This document shows, in pieces, positions 26,849-36,771 of a stretch of 54,884 nt of DNA. The notes below the pieces were generated by a model. That model was given only the letters and a program-made list of their open reading frames with translations. It searched no databases and had not been told where the DNA came from. A program made the translations under genes and the position numbers. The stretch spans positions 1 through 54,884 of the forward strand of contig JBDRMW010000127.1 in NCBI GenBank assembly GCA_043811735.1, read 5' to 3'. This DNA is from a bacterium. GTDB taxonomy: Bacteria > Elusimicrobiota > JBDRMW01. Numbering within the stretch: the stretch's first letter is position 1; the number at the start of each line of letters is the position of its first letter.

Positions 26849-28102
26849 ATGGACACAAAAGAAAAAGTCAAAGAATTATTGCGGTCTGGTGCAAAACTGC
26901 CTCCGAAAGTTATTGAAAGAACAATAAAAAGAACTGTTCTCCCGTGGCTGGAGCGGGAAGAGATAATCGTTATTACCGGTGCTCGTCAGGCTGGGAAAAG
27001 CGTATTCCTTTATCAGCTAATTTATGATTATATTTTGAAAAAATCCAATAATGTGTATTATTTTAATTTAGACATTAAAAACAGCATTAAATTTTTTGAA
27101 AAACCTGATAATATAATCAATTTAGTTAATAAAACAAAAAGAAAAACATATATTATTATTGATGAAGTTCAACGCTTAAAAGAGCCGGGGCTCTTTCTAA
27201 AAGGGATATATGATTTACATTTGCCGGTAAAAATCATTGTGTCCGGGTCGAGTTCGCTCGAGTTAAAAAGTAAAATTCATGAACCTTTAACCGGCAGAAA
27301 AATATTATTTCACTTAAATCCATTTAATCTTGAAGAGATTTCAAGGGCGCTGTATCCGCATAATGATATTAAAGATGTTGTAGAGCATTATGTAGTTTAC
27401 GGAGGATATCCTGCGATCGTTCTTGCAAAAAAAAGACATATAAAACTACGTTTATTGAAAGAACTATTTGAAAGTTATTTAGATAAAGATGTTAAATCAT
27501 ATTTGCATGTTGAAAATGAAACCGCGTTTTCAAATTTAATTAAAATTCTTGCATCACAGGCTGGTAATTTGATTAATAAGGATGAACTGTCCCAAACACT
27601 GGGCATTCATAAGAATACATTGGATAATTATTTATATTATCTTGAAGAGACCTTTATTCTTGATCTGGTAAAACCATTTTATAAAAATCCCAGAAAAGAA
27701 CTTCTAAAAAATCCAAAAGTCTATTTCCAGGATTTGGGATTACGAAATTATGCTATAGGAAGTTTTAATCCTATTGAATATAGGCCGGACAAAGGAAGTA
27801 TTTTTGAAAATATGGTTTATCTGTGTTTAAGAGAAAAAGATGGGAATCCTCAGCCGGTTAATTACTGGAGAACAAAAACCGGTGCTGAAGTTGATTTTAT
27901 CATAATGGATGGATTAAATCCTATTCCATATGAAGCAAAAGCAAGTGAATTAACCGGATATAAAATTACCAAATCATTAAGGAGTTTTATAGATTCTTAT
28001 AAGCCAAAGAACGCATATTGCATAAATATGTCTTTCAACGGTACGTATAAGATAGATAAAACGATCATAACTTTTATAACTCCTGCAGAGTTCGTAAAGT
28101 AA
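26849..28102 (+). CDS. AAA+ ATPase with DUF4143-type C-terminal region (second copy of the family)
   Basis: I trimmed the ORF to the ATG at 26849 (MDTKEKV...). Walker A is GARQAGKS and Walker B is IIIDEVQ. An HTH-like segment reads NKDELSQTLGIHKNTLDNYL. The C-terminal AEVD...YEAK is PD-(D/E)xK-like. The DNA is very AT-rich. Confidence 0.8.
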   Translation: MDTKEKVKELLRSGAKLPPKVIERTIKRTVLPWLEREEIIVITGARQAGKSVFLYQLIYDYILKKSNNVYYFNLDIKNSIKFFEKPDNIINLVNKTKRKTYIIIDEVQRLKEPGLFLKGIYDLHLPVKIIVSGSSSLELKSKIHEPLTGRKILFHLNPFNLEEISRALYPHNDIKDVVEHYVVYGGYPAIVLAKKRHIKLRLLKELFESYLDKDVKSYLHVENETAFSNLIKILASQAGNLINKDELSQTLGIHKNTLDNYLYYLEETFILDLVKPFYKNPRKELLKNPKVYFQDLGLRNYAIGSFNPIEYRPDKGSIFENMVYLCLREKDGNPQPVNYWRTKTGAEVDFIIMDGLNPIPYEAKASELTGYKITKSLRSFIDSYKPKNAYCINMSFNGTYKIDKTIITFITPAEFVK

Positions 28103-28197
28103 AAAAGCGTTTATTTTTTTATTCGTTCCCAGATTATTCCCCGGCATTATTGGATAGTGTAAATAAAAAAACGGGGAAACTCCAGAAAAATTATCTA

Positions 28198-28226
28198 TTG
28201 ACAAATATGTATATACAGATATATAT
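28198..28226 (+). promoter_or_regulatory. Sigma70-type promoter TTGACA-17-ATATAT upstream of the coiled-coil gene
   Basis: TTGACA lies at 28198-28203, followed by a 17-nt spacer and ATATAT at 28221-28226. Confidence 0.45.
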
Positions 28227-28287
28227 TAAATGATGCCGAGACGTCCTTATTATATAAGGATATCACTTTTTTTCAGGGGATATACGC

Positions 28288-30975
28288 GTGTTTATCGAGC
28301 ATCTTTTTCTTTTTTCACCCGTGCTGCTCTTTGCGTCAGGCATAAGCCTGTTTGCCTGGCTTGTATTTAAAATTCCTTCCAGATCCCGGAAATCAAAAAC
28401 TCCCCGGTATAAAAATTCAAGCCTTAACGCCGTGCTGCGCTCTGTTCAAAATCCTCCTGAGAAAATATCAATGGAGAAATTCAAAGCTTTTTCTGCCGGG
28501 ACTGCAAAGAAAGTTTATGTTTCACAGGGCAGTAAACCGCTGGCCAGCGAAGTATATCCTGACAAAATTAATATCTCTGAAATAACCGGGGAGATTAAAA
28601 GAATTTTTACTGAATATGCATCAAAACAAGAAAAACCTCTTTCGGTTATTAATTCAATCGAACAAAAATATCTGCAGATAACAGAGAATGCGTCTCCACC
28701 GGATACTGAACAGATAAAAGAGCTGATGCATGAAAAAAATCAATGCCAAGAGGTTATAAGCAATTTGTATGCCTCATTGGAAGAGCAGCTTGGCAATAAA
28801 GAAAAACAGCTTGCCGAATATATTACGCGTTATAATCATATGCAGGCCCAGGTGCGGTCAGTTAACGGGAGTCCGCATGCGTTTGAAGCTGATCTGCAAA
28901 ACAATCTTTCGGCATTAATCAGTTCGATCAGGCATGTCCGGGGAGAAGCGCATGTACAGAGATCCCGGCTTATCAATCAGATTACAGAGATGAATCATAC
29001 CCTGCAATCATATGAATCAAAGCGAAAAGAAGCGATTACTAAACTTCAGGAAGAATCTCTTCAGACGAGGGCGCGTATCCAATCAGAAGTCTCCAGTCTG
29101 CAGGAAGAACTCAACACAATTCAACACGATATGCCCGCGCTTATTGAAGAAAAAGAAGAACAAATAAATCAGATGCGCATCGCCCTGGAGCTCTTAAACA
29201 GCAGGATGGTGCAGGAAGAAGACTCAGCAAAGCAGAGCATCGAACAGTTCAAGAAACATATGGAATATAAAACAACCCATGCTGCACGTGTTTTGGATAA
29301 AGCACGCAATACATGGAGCAGTGAGTTTGGGCTCCTGACAGAAGAGCTTAATAATCTGCAGCAGAAAATTGAAGGAAAAGAGCATGCACTGCATGTTGAA
29401 ATGCTTCAAAAACAGCAAGTTTTTGCAGCTGAAAAATCCGAGCTTGAAACTATATTGAAAAAAATGAATCAGCGGTTTACTGCAGAGCAGGAAAGCTTTA
29501 CCCAACGGCGGTCATCATATGAAGATGCACTGGCGAAGTTACGGGTTCAGATTACAGACAAAGAAACTGAGTTTAAAGCACAGACCATATTGTTGGATCA
29601 GCAAAAGCAGATGGAGAAAAACAGGCTTCTTGCTGTTCTTAATGGATTACACGAAACAGTTGAGTTTGAGCAGGCACAGTTTGCTCAAAAGCAGGTTGCT
29701 CATGCAGCACAGATTGAGCGTTTGAGGCAAGAATCCGAAGACCGCATGCAGCATCTGGTTGAATCGGGAAAATCGAAAACTAATATGATGATACGGGAAA
29801 ATATGAGCCTGCGCGATCATATTGCTTCAGAAAATAAGCGCCTGGAGTTTAATATTCAAACCTGGAAAGAACATGAAATAAAGCTTATTGAAGATAAAAA
29901 GAATATTGAAGCGCAGCTGCTCCAGCTTGAAAAAGATATGAGCCTGCAGCAGGAAAAACAGCACGGGGCATATGTGCTTGAAACAACGGAATTTAACCAG
30001 CAGATAAGAGAATTGGAAGCTCAGCTTGAAAAGACCAATAATGACTACCGGGAATTATTAGATACGCAGAATTGGGAAATCGAATGTCTGCAGGTTAAAG
30101 AAAAACGCAAAGCTGAACAGGCAAAAGAAGAATGGCTTGATAAAGAGACCAAATTTTCTGCTGAACGGCAGGAGCTTGAACGCGAAAAGCAGTCCTTGCT
30201 TGAGCAGATGCGGAAATCATCTGATTCAGCCGATGGTAAACGGCAGGAATTAACCGATGCCATAAAAACACTGCGTAAAGAAATACCTCAAAAACAAGAA
30301 TTTGCTGATTCGTTAATGCACAAGCGTGACCGCGAGTACAAAAAACTAATACAGCCATTGCAGGAAAAAATATCAAAAATCAGATCAAATCTTATTGGAA
30401 ATAAAAAAATGTATGAAGAAAAACTCAGCGAAAAAAATGATCAGGTCAAGACGCTTAAACTACGGTTAGCCTGGCGTGATGAACGGCAGCAGGCCAGTGA
30501 GGCAAGACGTCAGAAAGAAATTGATAAAATTAGAATAGAACTTAATAAAGAAATAGATGGTTTAAGGAGTAAATCAAATAAGTTAAGCATTAAACAGGAT
30601 AAAACATTAGATCCGATCGTATATGATTTTGAAAAACTAACCCAGGATTTGTCACGGACTGAACAACGCCTGGAAGCTGAAAAAACTGCCAATGAGGAAC
30701 TGCGTAAAGGAAGGCTTGAAATCGAATCAGAAATAATCAGTATCGAACAGAACCTGCCGCGGGATATGGTGCAGTATATTACCCTTCTTGATTTAAAAGC
30801 AAAGGAAATCACGGCTTTAAACCGCGAAATTCTGCAGAAAGAACATCTGATGGATACCGAAGAGGTTATTTCTCGTGATGCGATGCAGCGTTTGCGCGCT
30901 TCATTTAAAACACTTAAACTGCAGGCAAGCAAAGTAATCTCATCAAAAGAAAAACAACCTGCCGAAAAACAATAA
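28288..30975 (+). CDS. Membrane-anchored giant coiled-coil protein
   Basis: The 895-aa ORF starts at a GTG with the SD AGGGGA. It has one N-terminal TM segment (LFLFSPVLLFASGISLFAWLVF). About 800 aa of E/K/Q/L-rich, heptad-like sequence follows, with no recognisable catalytic motif. Confidence 0.7.
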   Translation: MFIEHLFLFSPVLLFASGISLFAWLVFKIPSRSRKSKTPRYKNSSLNAVLRSVQNPPEKISMEKFKAFSAGTAKKVYVSQGSKPLASEVYPDKINISEITGEIKRIFTEYASKQEKPLSVINSIEQKYLQITENASPPDTEQIKELMHEKNQCQEVISNLYASLEEQLGNKEKQLAEYITRYNHMQAQVRSVNGSPHAFEADLQNNLSALISSIRHVRGEAHVQRSRLINQITEMNHTLQSYESKRKEAITKLQEESLQTRARIQSEVSSLQEELNTIQHDMPALIEEKEEQINQMRIALELLNSRMVQEEDSAKQSIEQFKKHMEYKTTHAARVLDKARNTWSSEFGLLTEELNNLQQKIEGKEHALHVEMLQKQQVFAAEKSELETILKKMNQRFTAEQESFTQRRSSYEDALAKLRVQITDKETEFKAQTILLDQQKQMEKNRLLAVLNGLHETVEFEQAQFAQKQVAHAAQIERLRQESEDRMQHLVESGKSKTNMMIRENMSLRDHIASENKRLEFNIQTWKEHEIKLIEDKKNIEAQLLQLEKDMSLQQEKQHGAYVLETTEFNQQIRELEAQLEKTNNDYRELLDTQNWEIECLQVKEKRKAEQAKEEWLDKETKFSAERQELEREKQSLLEQMRKSSDSADGKRQELTDAIKTLRKEIPQKQEFADSLMHKRDREYKKLIQPLQEKISKIRSNLIGNKKMYEEKLSEKNDQVKTLKLRLAWRDERQQASEARRQKEIDKIRIELNKEIDGLRSKSNKLSIKQDKTLDPIVYDFEKLTQDLSRTEQRLEAEKTANEELRKGRLEIESEIISIEQNLPRDMVQYITLLDLKAKEITALNREILQKEHLMDTEEVISRDAMQRLRASFKTLKLQASKVISSKEKQPAEKQ

Positions 30976-31081
30976 TAAAAAGACTATATTGTATATATTG
31001 CATCGCATGCGCGATATAGTATTTGCATTGTTTATATAAAAAACATAAAATAAACTTTTAAACAATTTGTTCTTAAAATGC

Positions 31082-32374
31082 ATGAAAACAAAGAGAATTA
31101 TAAAAAAAATTATTAATAAACTGAATTCTCTCAGCCTTAATGTGCGGCTCTCTATCGCGGGTTTTTTGCTTGTTGCGGTATGTATATTTATTGCAGGGTA
31201 TTCATTCCCTAAAAAAACCGTTACACGGGTAAAACGAGAGAAAATTAAAGAAGTTGCCAATTCGATTGAAAATGTTAAACGGAATGAATCATTGTCATTG
31301 ATTTTTGATAATCATGGGGTCATGCCGTTGGAAGCATCTCTGGTTGGAAAGGCTCTTAAAAAATATGTCAATCCCAAACGATTAAAAATTGATGACCGGT
31401 ATTCAATTTCAGTTTCAACAGCCGGTAAAGTCGAAGAGTTTGTGTATATGCCGAATCTGTTTGATAAATATATTGTCAGACGTGTCCAGGGAGTATTTGA
31501 AGCATTTGAAGAAAAAACAGATATTACAACTGCCATTGTTGGTGTGCGGGGAGAAATTACCGGCAGTTTATGGGAGTCAATGAGTAAGCAGGAGGTTCAT
31601 CCGGAAATAATCGTTAGTTTTGCTGAAATGTTCGCATGGGATGTTGATTTTTTTAATGATACCAGAAACGGCGATTTGTACTGGGTTGTATGGGAGAAAA
31701 AACTTACTGAAGACGGCCGCGAGTTCCGCGGAAGAATTTTAGGGGGATCGTATAGGGGAAAGATTGCACAAGCAAATACGGGGATTTATTTTGAACCTCC
31801 CGGCGGAAAAGGTGATTATTTTGATCTGGCTGGAAAATCCCTTAGAAGAACTTTTCTGCGTGCGCCCTTAAGTTATAAACGAATAAGTTCTCATTTTACC
31901 TACAAACGATTTCATCCGATCCTGCGGTATTACCGGCCTCATACGGGCATTGATTATGCGGCACCATCAGGTACGCCTGTTGAAACAATCGGTGATGGTA
32001 CGGTGATATTCAAAGGCTGGAAGGGAGAGGCAGGGAAAATGGTTAAGATAAAGCATAATTCAGTCTATACTTCATCATATAATCATCTCTCTAGGTATGG
32101 CAAAGGCATTGCGGAAGGAAAGAAAGTTACCCAGGGCCAGGTAATAGGATATGTGGGATCAACCGGCCTTGCAACCGGGCCGCATCTTGATTTTAGATTT
32201 TATAAATTCAGCAAACCAATCAACTTTTTACACATACGATTACCATCGGTGGGAAATGTGAAAGAAGCAGACAACGAAGCATTTGCTCAGCAAAAAAGAA
32301 CAATCCTTCAAAAAGTTGCTGAAATGCGTTACGATATTGAATGGTCTGTCTCTTCATTAGAACAAGAGGAGTAA
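31082..32374 (+). CDS. M23/LytM-family peptidoglycan metalloendopeptidase with N-terminal TM anchor
   Basis: I chose the ATG at 31082. The zinc-ligand motifs are HTGIDYAAPSGTPV and GSTGLATGPHLDFR. Confidence 0.85.
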   Translation: MKTKRIIKKIINKLNSLSLNVRLSIAGFLLVAVCIFIAGYSFPKKTVTRVKREKIKEVANSIENVKRNESLSLIFDNHGVMPLEASLVGKALKKYVNPKRLKIDDRYSISVSTAGKVEEFVYMPNLFDKYIVRRVQGVFEAFEEKTDITTAIVGVRGEITGSLWESMSKQEVHPEIIVSFAEMFAWDVDFFNDTRNGDLYWVVWEKKLTEDGREFRGRILGGSYRGKIAQANTGIYFEPPGGKGDYFDLAGKSLRRTFLRAPLSYKRISSHFTYKRFHPILRYYRPHTGIDYAAPSGTPVETIGDGTVIFKGWKGEAGKMVKIKHNSVYTSSYNHLSRYGKGIAEGKKVTQGQVIGYVGSTGLATGPHLDFRFYKFSKPINFLHIRLPSVGNVKEADNEAFAQQKRTILQKVAEMRYDIEWSVSSLEQEE

Positions 32375-32387
32375 ACGGAACTTACAT

Positions 32388-33194
32388 ATGCGGAATTATC
32401 ATTCACAGTTTAGTTTCTCTCCCATAGGAGGTTCTGCGTTTAGCGGCGCGGTGCGCGGGCTTATTACTGCCAATATCGCGGTATTTATTGTCCAACAGTT
32501 CTGGGGCAGAGATTTTGAAATATTTTTTGGGTTAGTACCCGTGCTTGTCCTGCAGAAACTGATGATCTGGCAGTTGTTTACGTATATGTTTCTGCACGGC
32601 AGTTTCTTTCATCTGTTCTTTAATATGTTTGTTATCTGGATGTTCGGCAGGAGTATCGAATCCCAATGGGGAGTTCAGGCATTCTTAAAATATTATTTTT
32701 TCACCGGTATCGGTGCAGCAGTTCTTACCGTTATTTTTACTCCGCACTCACCCATCCCGACAGTAGGAGCCTCAGGAGCGATTTACGGGCTCTTAGTTGC
32801 ATTTGCCATGATGTATCCTCAGGCGACCATATATCTGTATTTTTTAATCCCGGTAACTGCACGCCAGCTGGTAATAGTTTTTGCTTTTATCGAGTTTTTC
32901 AGCATCCCTCGTGCAGACGGCATTGCCCGGTTTGCCCATTTAGGCGGCATGTTGTTCGGTTATCTGTATTTGAAATTCGGTGATTGGCTGAATATCAGAT
33001 GGCATTATGTTATAAAAGAAAACCCGGTTTTTAATTTTAAATTCAACTCACGCAAACGAAAAACTTCCCATACGGTTATTGATTTAAATGATGAAGTTAA
33101 CAAGATATTGGATAAGATTCTGGTTAAAGGCCCGGGAAGTCTGACGAGCGAAGAAGAGGAGATTATGAAAAGATACTCAAAGAGAAAACACTAA
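32388..33194 (+). CDS. Rhomboid-family intramembrane serine protease
   Basis: The 268-aa polytopic ORF has the catalytic Ser context GASGAIYGL and the His context AHLGGMLFG. Confidence 0.85.
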   Translation: MRNYHSQFSFSPIGGSAFSGAVRGLITANIAVFIVQQFWGRDFEIFFGLVPVLVLQKLMIWQLFTYMFLHGSFFHLFFNMFVIWMFGRSIESQWGVQAFLKYYFFTGIGAAVLTVIFTPHSPIPTVGASGAIYGLLVAFAMMYPQATIYLYFLIPVTARQLVIVFAFIEFFSIPRADGIARFAHLGGMLFGYLYLKFGDWLNIRWHYVIKENPVFNFKFNSRKRKTSHTVIDLNDEVNKILDKILVKGPGSLTSEEEEIMKRYSKRKH

Positions 33195-33267
33195 CAGATC
33201 GTAATTCGTTATTCGTTGTTCGTTGGGGAAACTTTATATAAACTGCAAAAAAAGGAGATAAAATTTA

Positions 33268-34263
33268 ATGGAAGCTAAATTGTTTTGGGTGGGTGTTGAG
33301 CTGATGTGTATCTCATATGTGCTTAAACATTTTTTTAAGCAAAAAATCTGGGAAGAAAACAGGGCCTTCTTTTATATTGTGCATGTCATATTTTGGCTGC
33401 ATGTTTCTGTTATGGGGGTAGGTTTTATATTAACGATGAAGCTTAATAAAGAGTTTAAAGATGTTATATGGACTTCGAGTTTTTTAAGTATTTTTGTCGT
33501 TATCGGTGCCTGTGCCTGGATACTATTCCGGTTAAAAAAGATCGCAAAAAAATCTAAAGAGGCTGATTCGATACTCCAAAATCAAAATAACTTGATAAAA
33601 AAAATATTAATGGAAGAAAAAGAATGGATCGACACAGGTTTCTCGGCAATCTTTATGGCAACATTTATTATGTATTTTATTGTGCAGGCATTTAAAATTC
33701 CATCCGGATCAATGCGCACCACCCTGATAGAGGGGGATCATCTTTTTGTTAATAAATTTATGTATGGCCTGCGGGTTCCCTGTACCTACAAAAAGATATT
33801 TTGTTTTAAGAAAGTTGATCATGAAGATATTATCATATTTAAATTTCCTTCCGAAAACAAGGAAAGCCAGCATTACGGCAAGGATTTTATCAAACGCGCC
33901 ATCGGTCTGCCCGGCGATGTGATTGAAATTAAAAATAAAGTTGTCTATTGCAACGGCATTGCCGTAGATGAGCCGTTTACACAGCATATTGACCGGCGTA
34001 TTTTTAAAGGCCGCGGGCTTGCCTTAAATCCTCAGGAGTATCAGCAAACCTGGGAACGCGGCGGTTTTGCCAATGTCACCGGTGATATTGTCCGGGATAA
34101 TTTTGGGCCGGTTACGGTTCCGGAAGATCATTATTTCGCCATGGGGGACAACCGTGATGCATCCTATGATTCACGCTTCTGGGGGCCTATGCCGTTTAAA
34201 TATCTTAAAGGTCAAGCCTGGATCTTATATTGGCCGCCGAAACGGATTAAAAGAATAAAATAA
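33268..34263 (+). CDS. lepB: Signal peptidase I with extended multi-TM N-terminus
   Basis: It has SGSMRTTL (the Ser box), KRAIGLPGD (the Lys box) and GDNRDASYDSRFWG. The SD AAGGAG lies upstream. Confidence 0.85.
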   Translation: MEAKLFWVGVELMCISYVLKHFFKQKIWEENRAFFYIVHVIFWLHVSVMGVGFILTMKLNKEFKDVIWTSSFLSIFVVIGACAWILFRLKKIAKKSKEADSILQNQNNLIKKILMEEKEWIDTGFSAIFMATFIMYFIVQAFKIPSGSMRTTLIEGDHLFVNKFMYGLRVPCTYKKIFCFKKVDHEDIIIFKFPSENKESQHYGKDFIKRAIGLPGDVIEIKNKVVYCNGIAVDEPFTQHIDRRIFKGRGLALNPQEYQQTWERGGFANVTGDIVRDNFGPVTVPEDHYFAMGDNRDASYDSRFWGPMPFKYLKGQAWILYWPPKRIKRIK

Positions 34264-34312
34264 TTTTAGTTGACAGTTATCAGTAACGTCAAAAACAGTA
34301 CATAAAAAAGTT

Positions 34313-35407
34313 ATGAATTTAGCATATTCTCGTTCGTTGTACCTTCATATTCCCTTTTGCCGGAAAAAATGTAATTATTGTGATTTTGTTTCTTATGCGA
34401 ATAAAGAAAATATTATTGAATCCTATATTAATGCGGTTTTATCAGAGGTTACAAGTATGGCGCGCCAGGAGTTATATTCTTTATTTATTGGCGGTGGGAC
34501 CCCATCTGTATTGGAGGCCAATTCTTTTAAACGGCTTTTTGAAGTGATACATCACCAGTTTCATTTTAGCACTGATGCTGAAATCACACTTGAAACAAAT
34601 CCTGAAAGTTTAACGAAAAATAAATTACAACTCTTCCGTGATCTTGGAATTAATCGCCTAAGTATTGGATTGCAGGCAACAGACGATATACATCTTAAGT
34701 TTTTAGGAAGGATTCATTCCTATAATCAATTTAAAACCGCTTATGATAAAGCGAGAGAGATCGGATTTAATAATATCAACATTGATGTAATGTTTGGGAT
34801 TCCAGGCTTATCAATGGATGAATGGAAGAAATCGCTTCAAGAAATAGTCTCGTTGCATCCAGATCATTTATCATTATATGCATTATCAATTGAGGAAGGT
34901 ACCAGGTTTTATTCAGAACAGATGGTAAGTGATGATGATTCAGCCGGTGATCAATATGAGTATGCGGTTGGATTTTTAAAAGAAAATGGATTTAACCGGT
35001 ATGAAATATCAAATTTTGCGTATGCCAGCAAGTATTCTAAGCATAATTCCATATATTGGGATGGAGGGGAATATTACGGCGTTGGTGCGGGTGCAGCAGG
35101 TTATATTGACCGGAAAAGAACAAAGAATGATCCAGATGTAGAAAGCTATATTGCAAAAATAACTGCAGGAAAATCTCCCGTTGTTGAAGAAGAAGTGATT
35201 GATCAGGCAAAACAGACAAAAGAAAAAATATTTTTAGGCTTACGAAAATCAAAAGGAGTGGTTTGCGGGGAGCAAGAAAACGAAATTGTGCAAAACAGAC
35301 TTCTTCCTTTCCTTGATGAGGGCCTGTTAATTTATGCTCCCCCGGTTTTAAGATTATCAGATAAAGGAATGCTCCTAGCCAACCAAATCTGGAGAGCGCT
35401 ATTATAA
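34313..35407 (+). CDS. hemW: Radical SAM HemW/HemN-like protein
   Basis: The 364-aa ORF has HIPFCRKKCNYCDF (a CxxxCxxC cluster) and GGGTPS. Confidence 0.8.
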   Translation: MNLAYSRSLYLHIPFCRKKCNYCDFVSYANKENIIESYINAVLSEVTSMARQELYSLFIGGGTPSVLEANSFKRLFEVIHHQFHFSTDAEITLETNPESLTKNKLQLFRDLGINRLSIGLQATDDIHLKFLGRIHSYNQFKTAYDKAREIGFNNINIDVMFGIPGLSMDEWKKSLQEIVSLHPDHLSLYALSIEEGTRFYSEQMVSDDDSAGDQYEYAVGFLKENGFNRYEISNFAYASKYSKHNSIYWDGGEYYGVGAGAAGYIDRKRTKNDPDVESYIAKITAGKSPVVEEEVIDQAKQTKEKIFLGLRKSKGVVCGEQENEIVQNRLLPFLDEGLLIYAPPVLRLSDKGMLLANQIWRALL

Positions 35408-35411
35408 GTAT

Positions 35412-36092
35412 ATGGGTAAACTATCAATAATTGTCCCGGTATATAATGAAGTAAAAACCATCAAATCCGTTTTGGATTATTTAATTAATTTGCAGTTTGA
35501 CAAAGAGATTATTGTGGTGAATGATGGATCAACTGACGGCACCTCAGAAATCCTGCACGCATTCAAACATCCGCAGGTTAAGATATTAGAACATGTAGCC
35601 AATGCAGGTAAAGGGGCAGCCATTATAAACGGTATCAGGGCCGCGTCGGGGGAAGTGGTTGCGGTTCAGGATGCTGATTTGGAGTATAAACCGGATGAAC
35701 TCATTCGCCTTGCTGAGCCGATTTTTAAGGGAGAAGTTGATGTGGTATTTGGATCACGGTTCTTGCAGAAAAATCCGAGAAAATATTTACGATTCTATAT
35801 AGGTAATAAAATTATGAGTTTAATGATTAGTCTTATTGGCTGGAAACATATAACTGATACATATACCTGTTATAAGATGTTTAAACGGGATATAATAAAT
35901 TCTTTTACGCTTTCATCCCGCGGTTTTGAGATCGAAGCTGAACTAAGCATCCTGGTCGCGAGAGGAAAATACCGGTTTAAAGAAATGCCAATCTCATACA
36001 ACCCCCGAACAATCGAAGAAGGAAAAAAAATAAACTGGAAAGACGCCGTCAAAGGAATCCTCACCGTCTTTAAAACCCGCTTCAAAAAATAA
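35412..36092 (+). CDS. Family 2 glycosyltransferase (polyprenyl-phosphate sugar transferase-like)
   Basis: The 226-aa ORF has SIIVPVYNE, VVNDGSTDGT and the DAD motif in VQDADLEY. Confidence 0.85.
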   Translation: MGKLSIIVPVYNEVKTIKSVLDYLINLQFDKEIIVVNDGSTDGTSEILHAFKHPQVKILEHVANAGKGAAIINGIRAASGEVVAVQDADLEYKPDELIRLAEPIFKGEVDVVFGSRFLQKNPRKYLRFYIGNKIMSLMISLIGWKHITDTYTCYKMFKRDIINSFTLSSRGFEIEAELSILVARGKYRFKEMPISYNPRTIEEGKKINWKDAVKGILTVFKTRFKK

Positions 36093-36139
36093 CCTCCTGA
36101 GATCACTTAAAAAGTATAGAATTTTACAAATTAACCTAC

Positions 36140-36177
36140 TCACCATTTCCTCTCCCCGAGGGGAGAGGAAATGGTGA
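36140..36177. repeat. Perfect 18-bp hairpin 48 nt downstream of the GT2 stop
   Basis: TCACCATTTCCTCTCCCC-GA-GGGGAGAGGAAATGGTGA. No U-tract follows it on either strand. Confidence 0.6.
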
Positions 36178-36726
36178 AAGGAAGTTTTAGACGCCATCCC
36201 TACTTTTGGGTTGGTTCAAAGTCTCTACTTTGGTTATAGATGTTTCTGATTTCATGAGAACCGAACTCTATTTCTGTCGGAAAATCGCTTTTAATGAAAT
36301 CCTAATTGGTGATCATTGAATATACGAGTTGTAAATAACGGTCATTTACGAGCTTGTTCAGAGCAGGCTATTAAGGAATAGTATATATTTAAGAGGCATT
36401 TTAAAAAATCGGTTTTTTGGGAACCAACACAAAATTTATTCTGTAACGTTCAAAGGTGGACAGCTGGGAACGTAAAAGTGGAGAAGTAGTTCTTTTGAGT
36501 TCTTTTAGACGGTAAAGTAGAAAATGAAAAAAAGATTTTTAAGAGAAAACGCCTAAAATTAGCCATTAAATGCAAAATTTTAGATGGAACGCAAAACCGC
36601 ACACTCTTAAAAGCGCCTTTGCCGTCGACGTTAACAAATTGACCCATTGTCTATTTATGCGTTTCTAACTGTCCGGTTTATGGGGTGCAGAACAAACCAA
36701 TCTGCCTGTTTAAAGTTAAAGAAGAT

Positions 36727-36771
36727 TTTACAAAAACTTTACATGGGGATTTTACATTGATTTAGTATAAT
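36727..36771 (+). promoter_or_regulatory. Three-box TTTACA array plus TATAAT upstream of PPDK
   Basis: TTTACA occurs at 36727-36732, 36738-36743 and 36751-36756, with spacing 11 and 13. TATAAT lies at 36766-36771, 9 nt after box 3. Confidence 0.45.
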
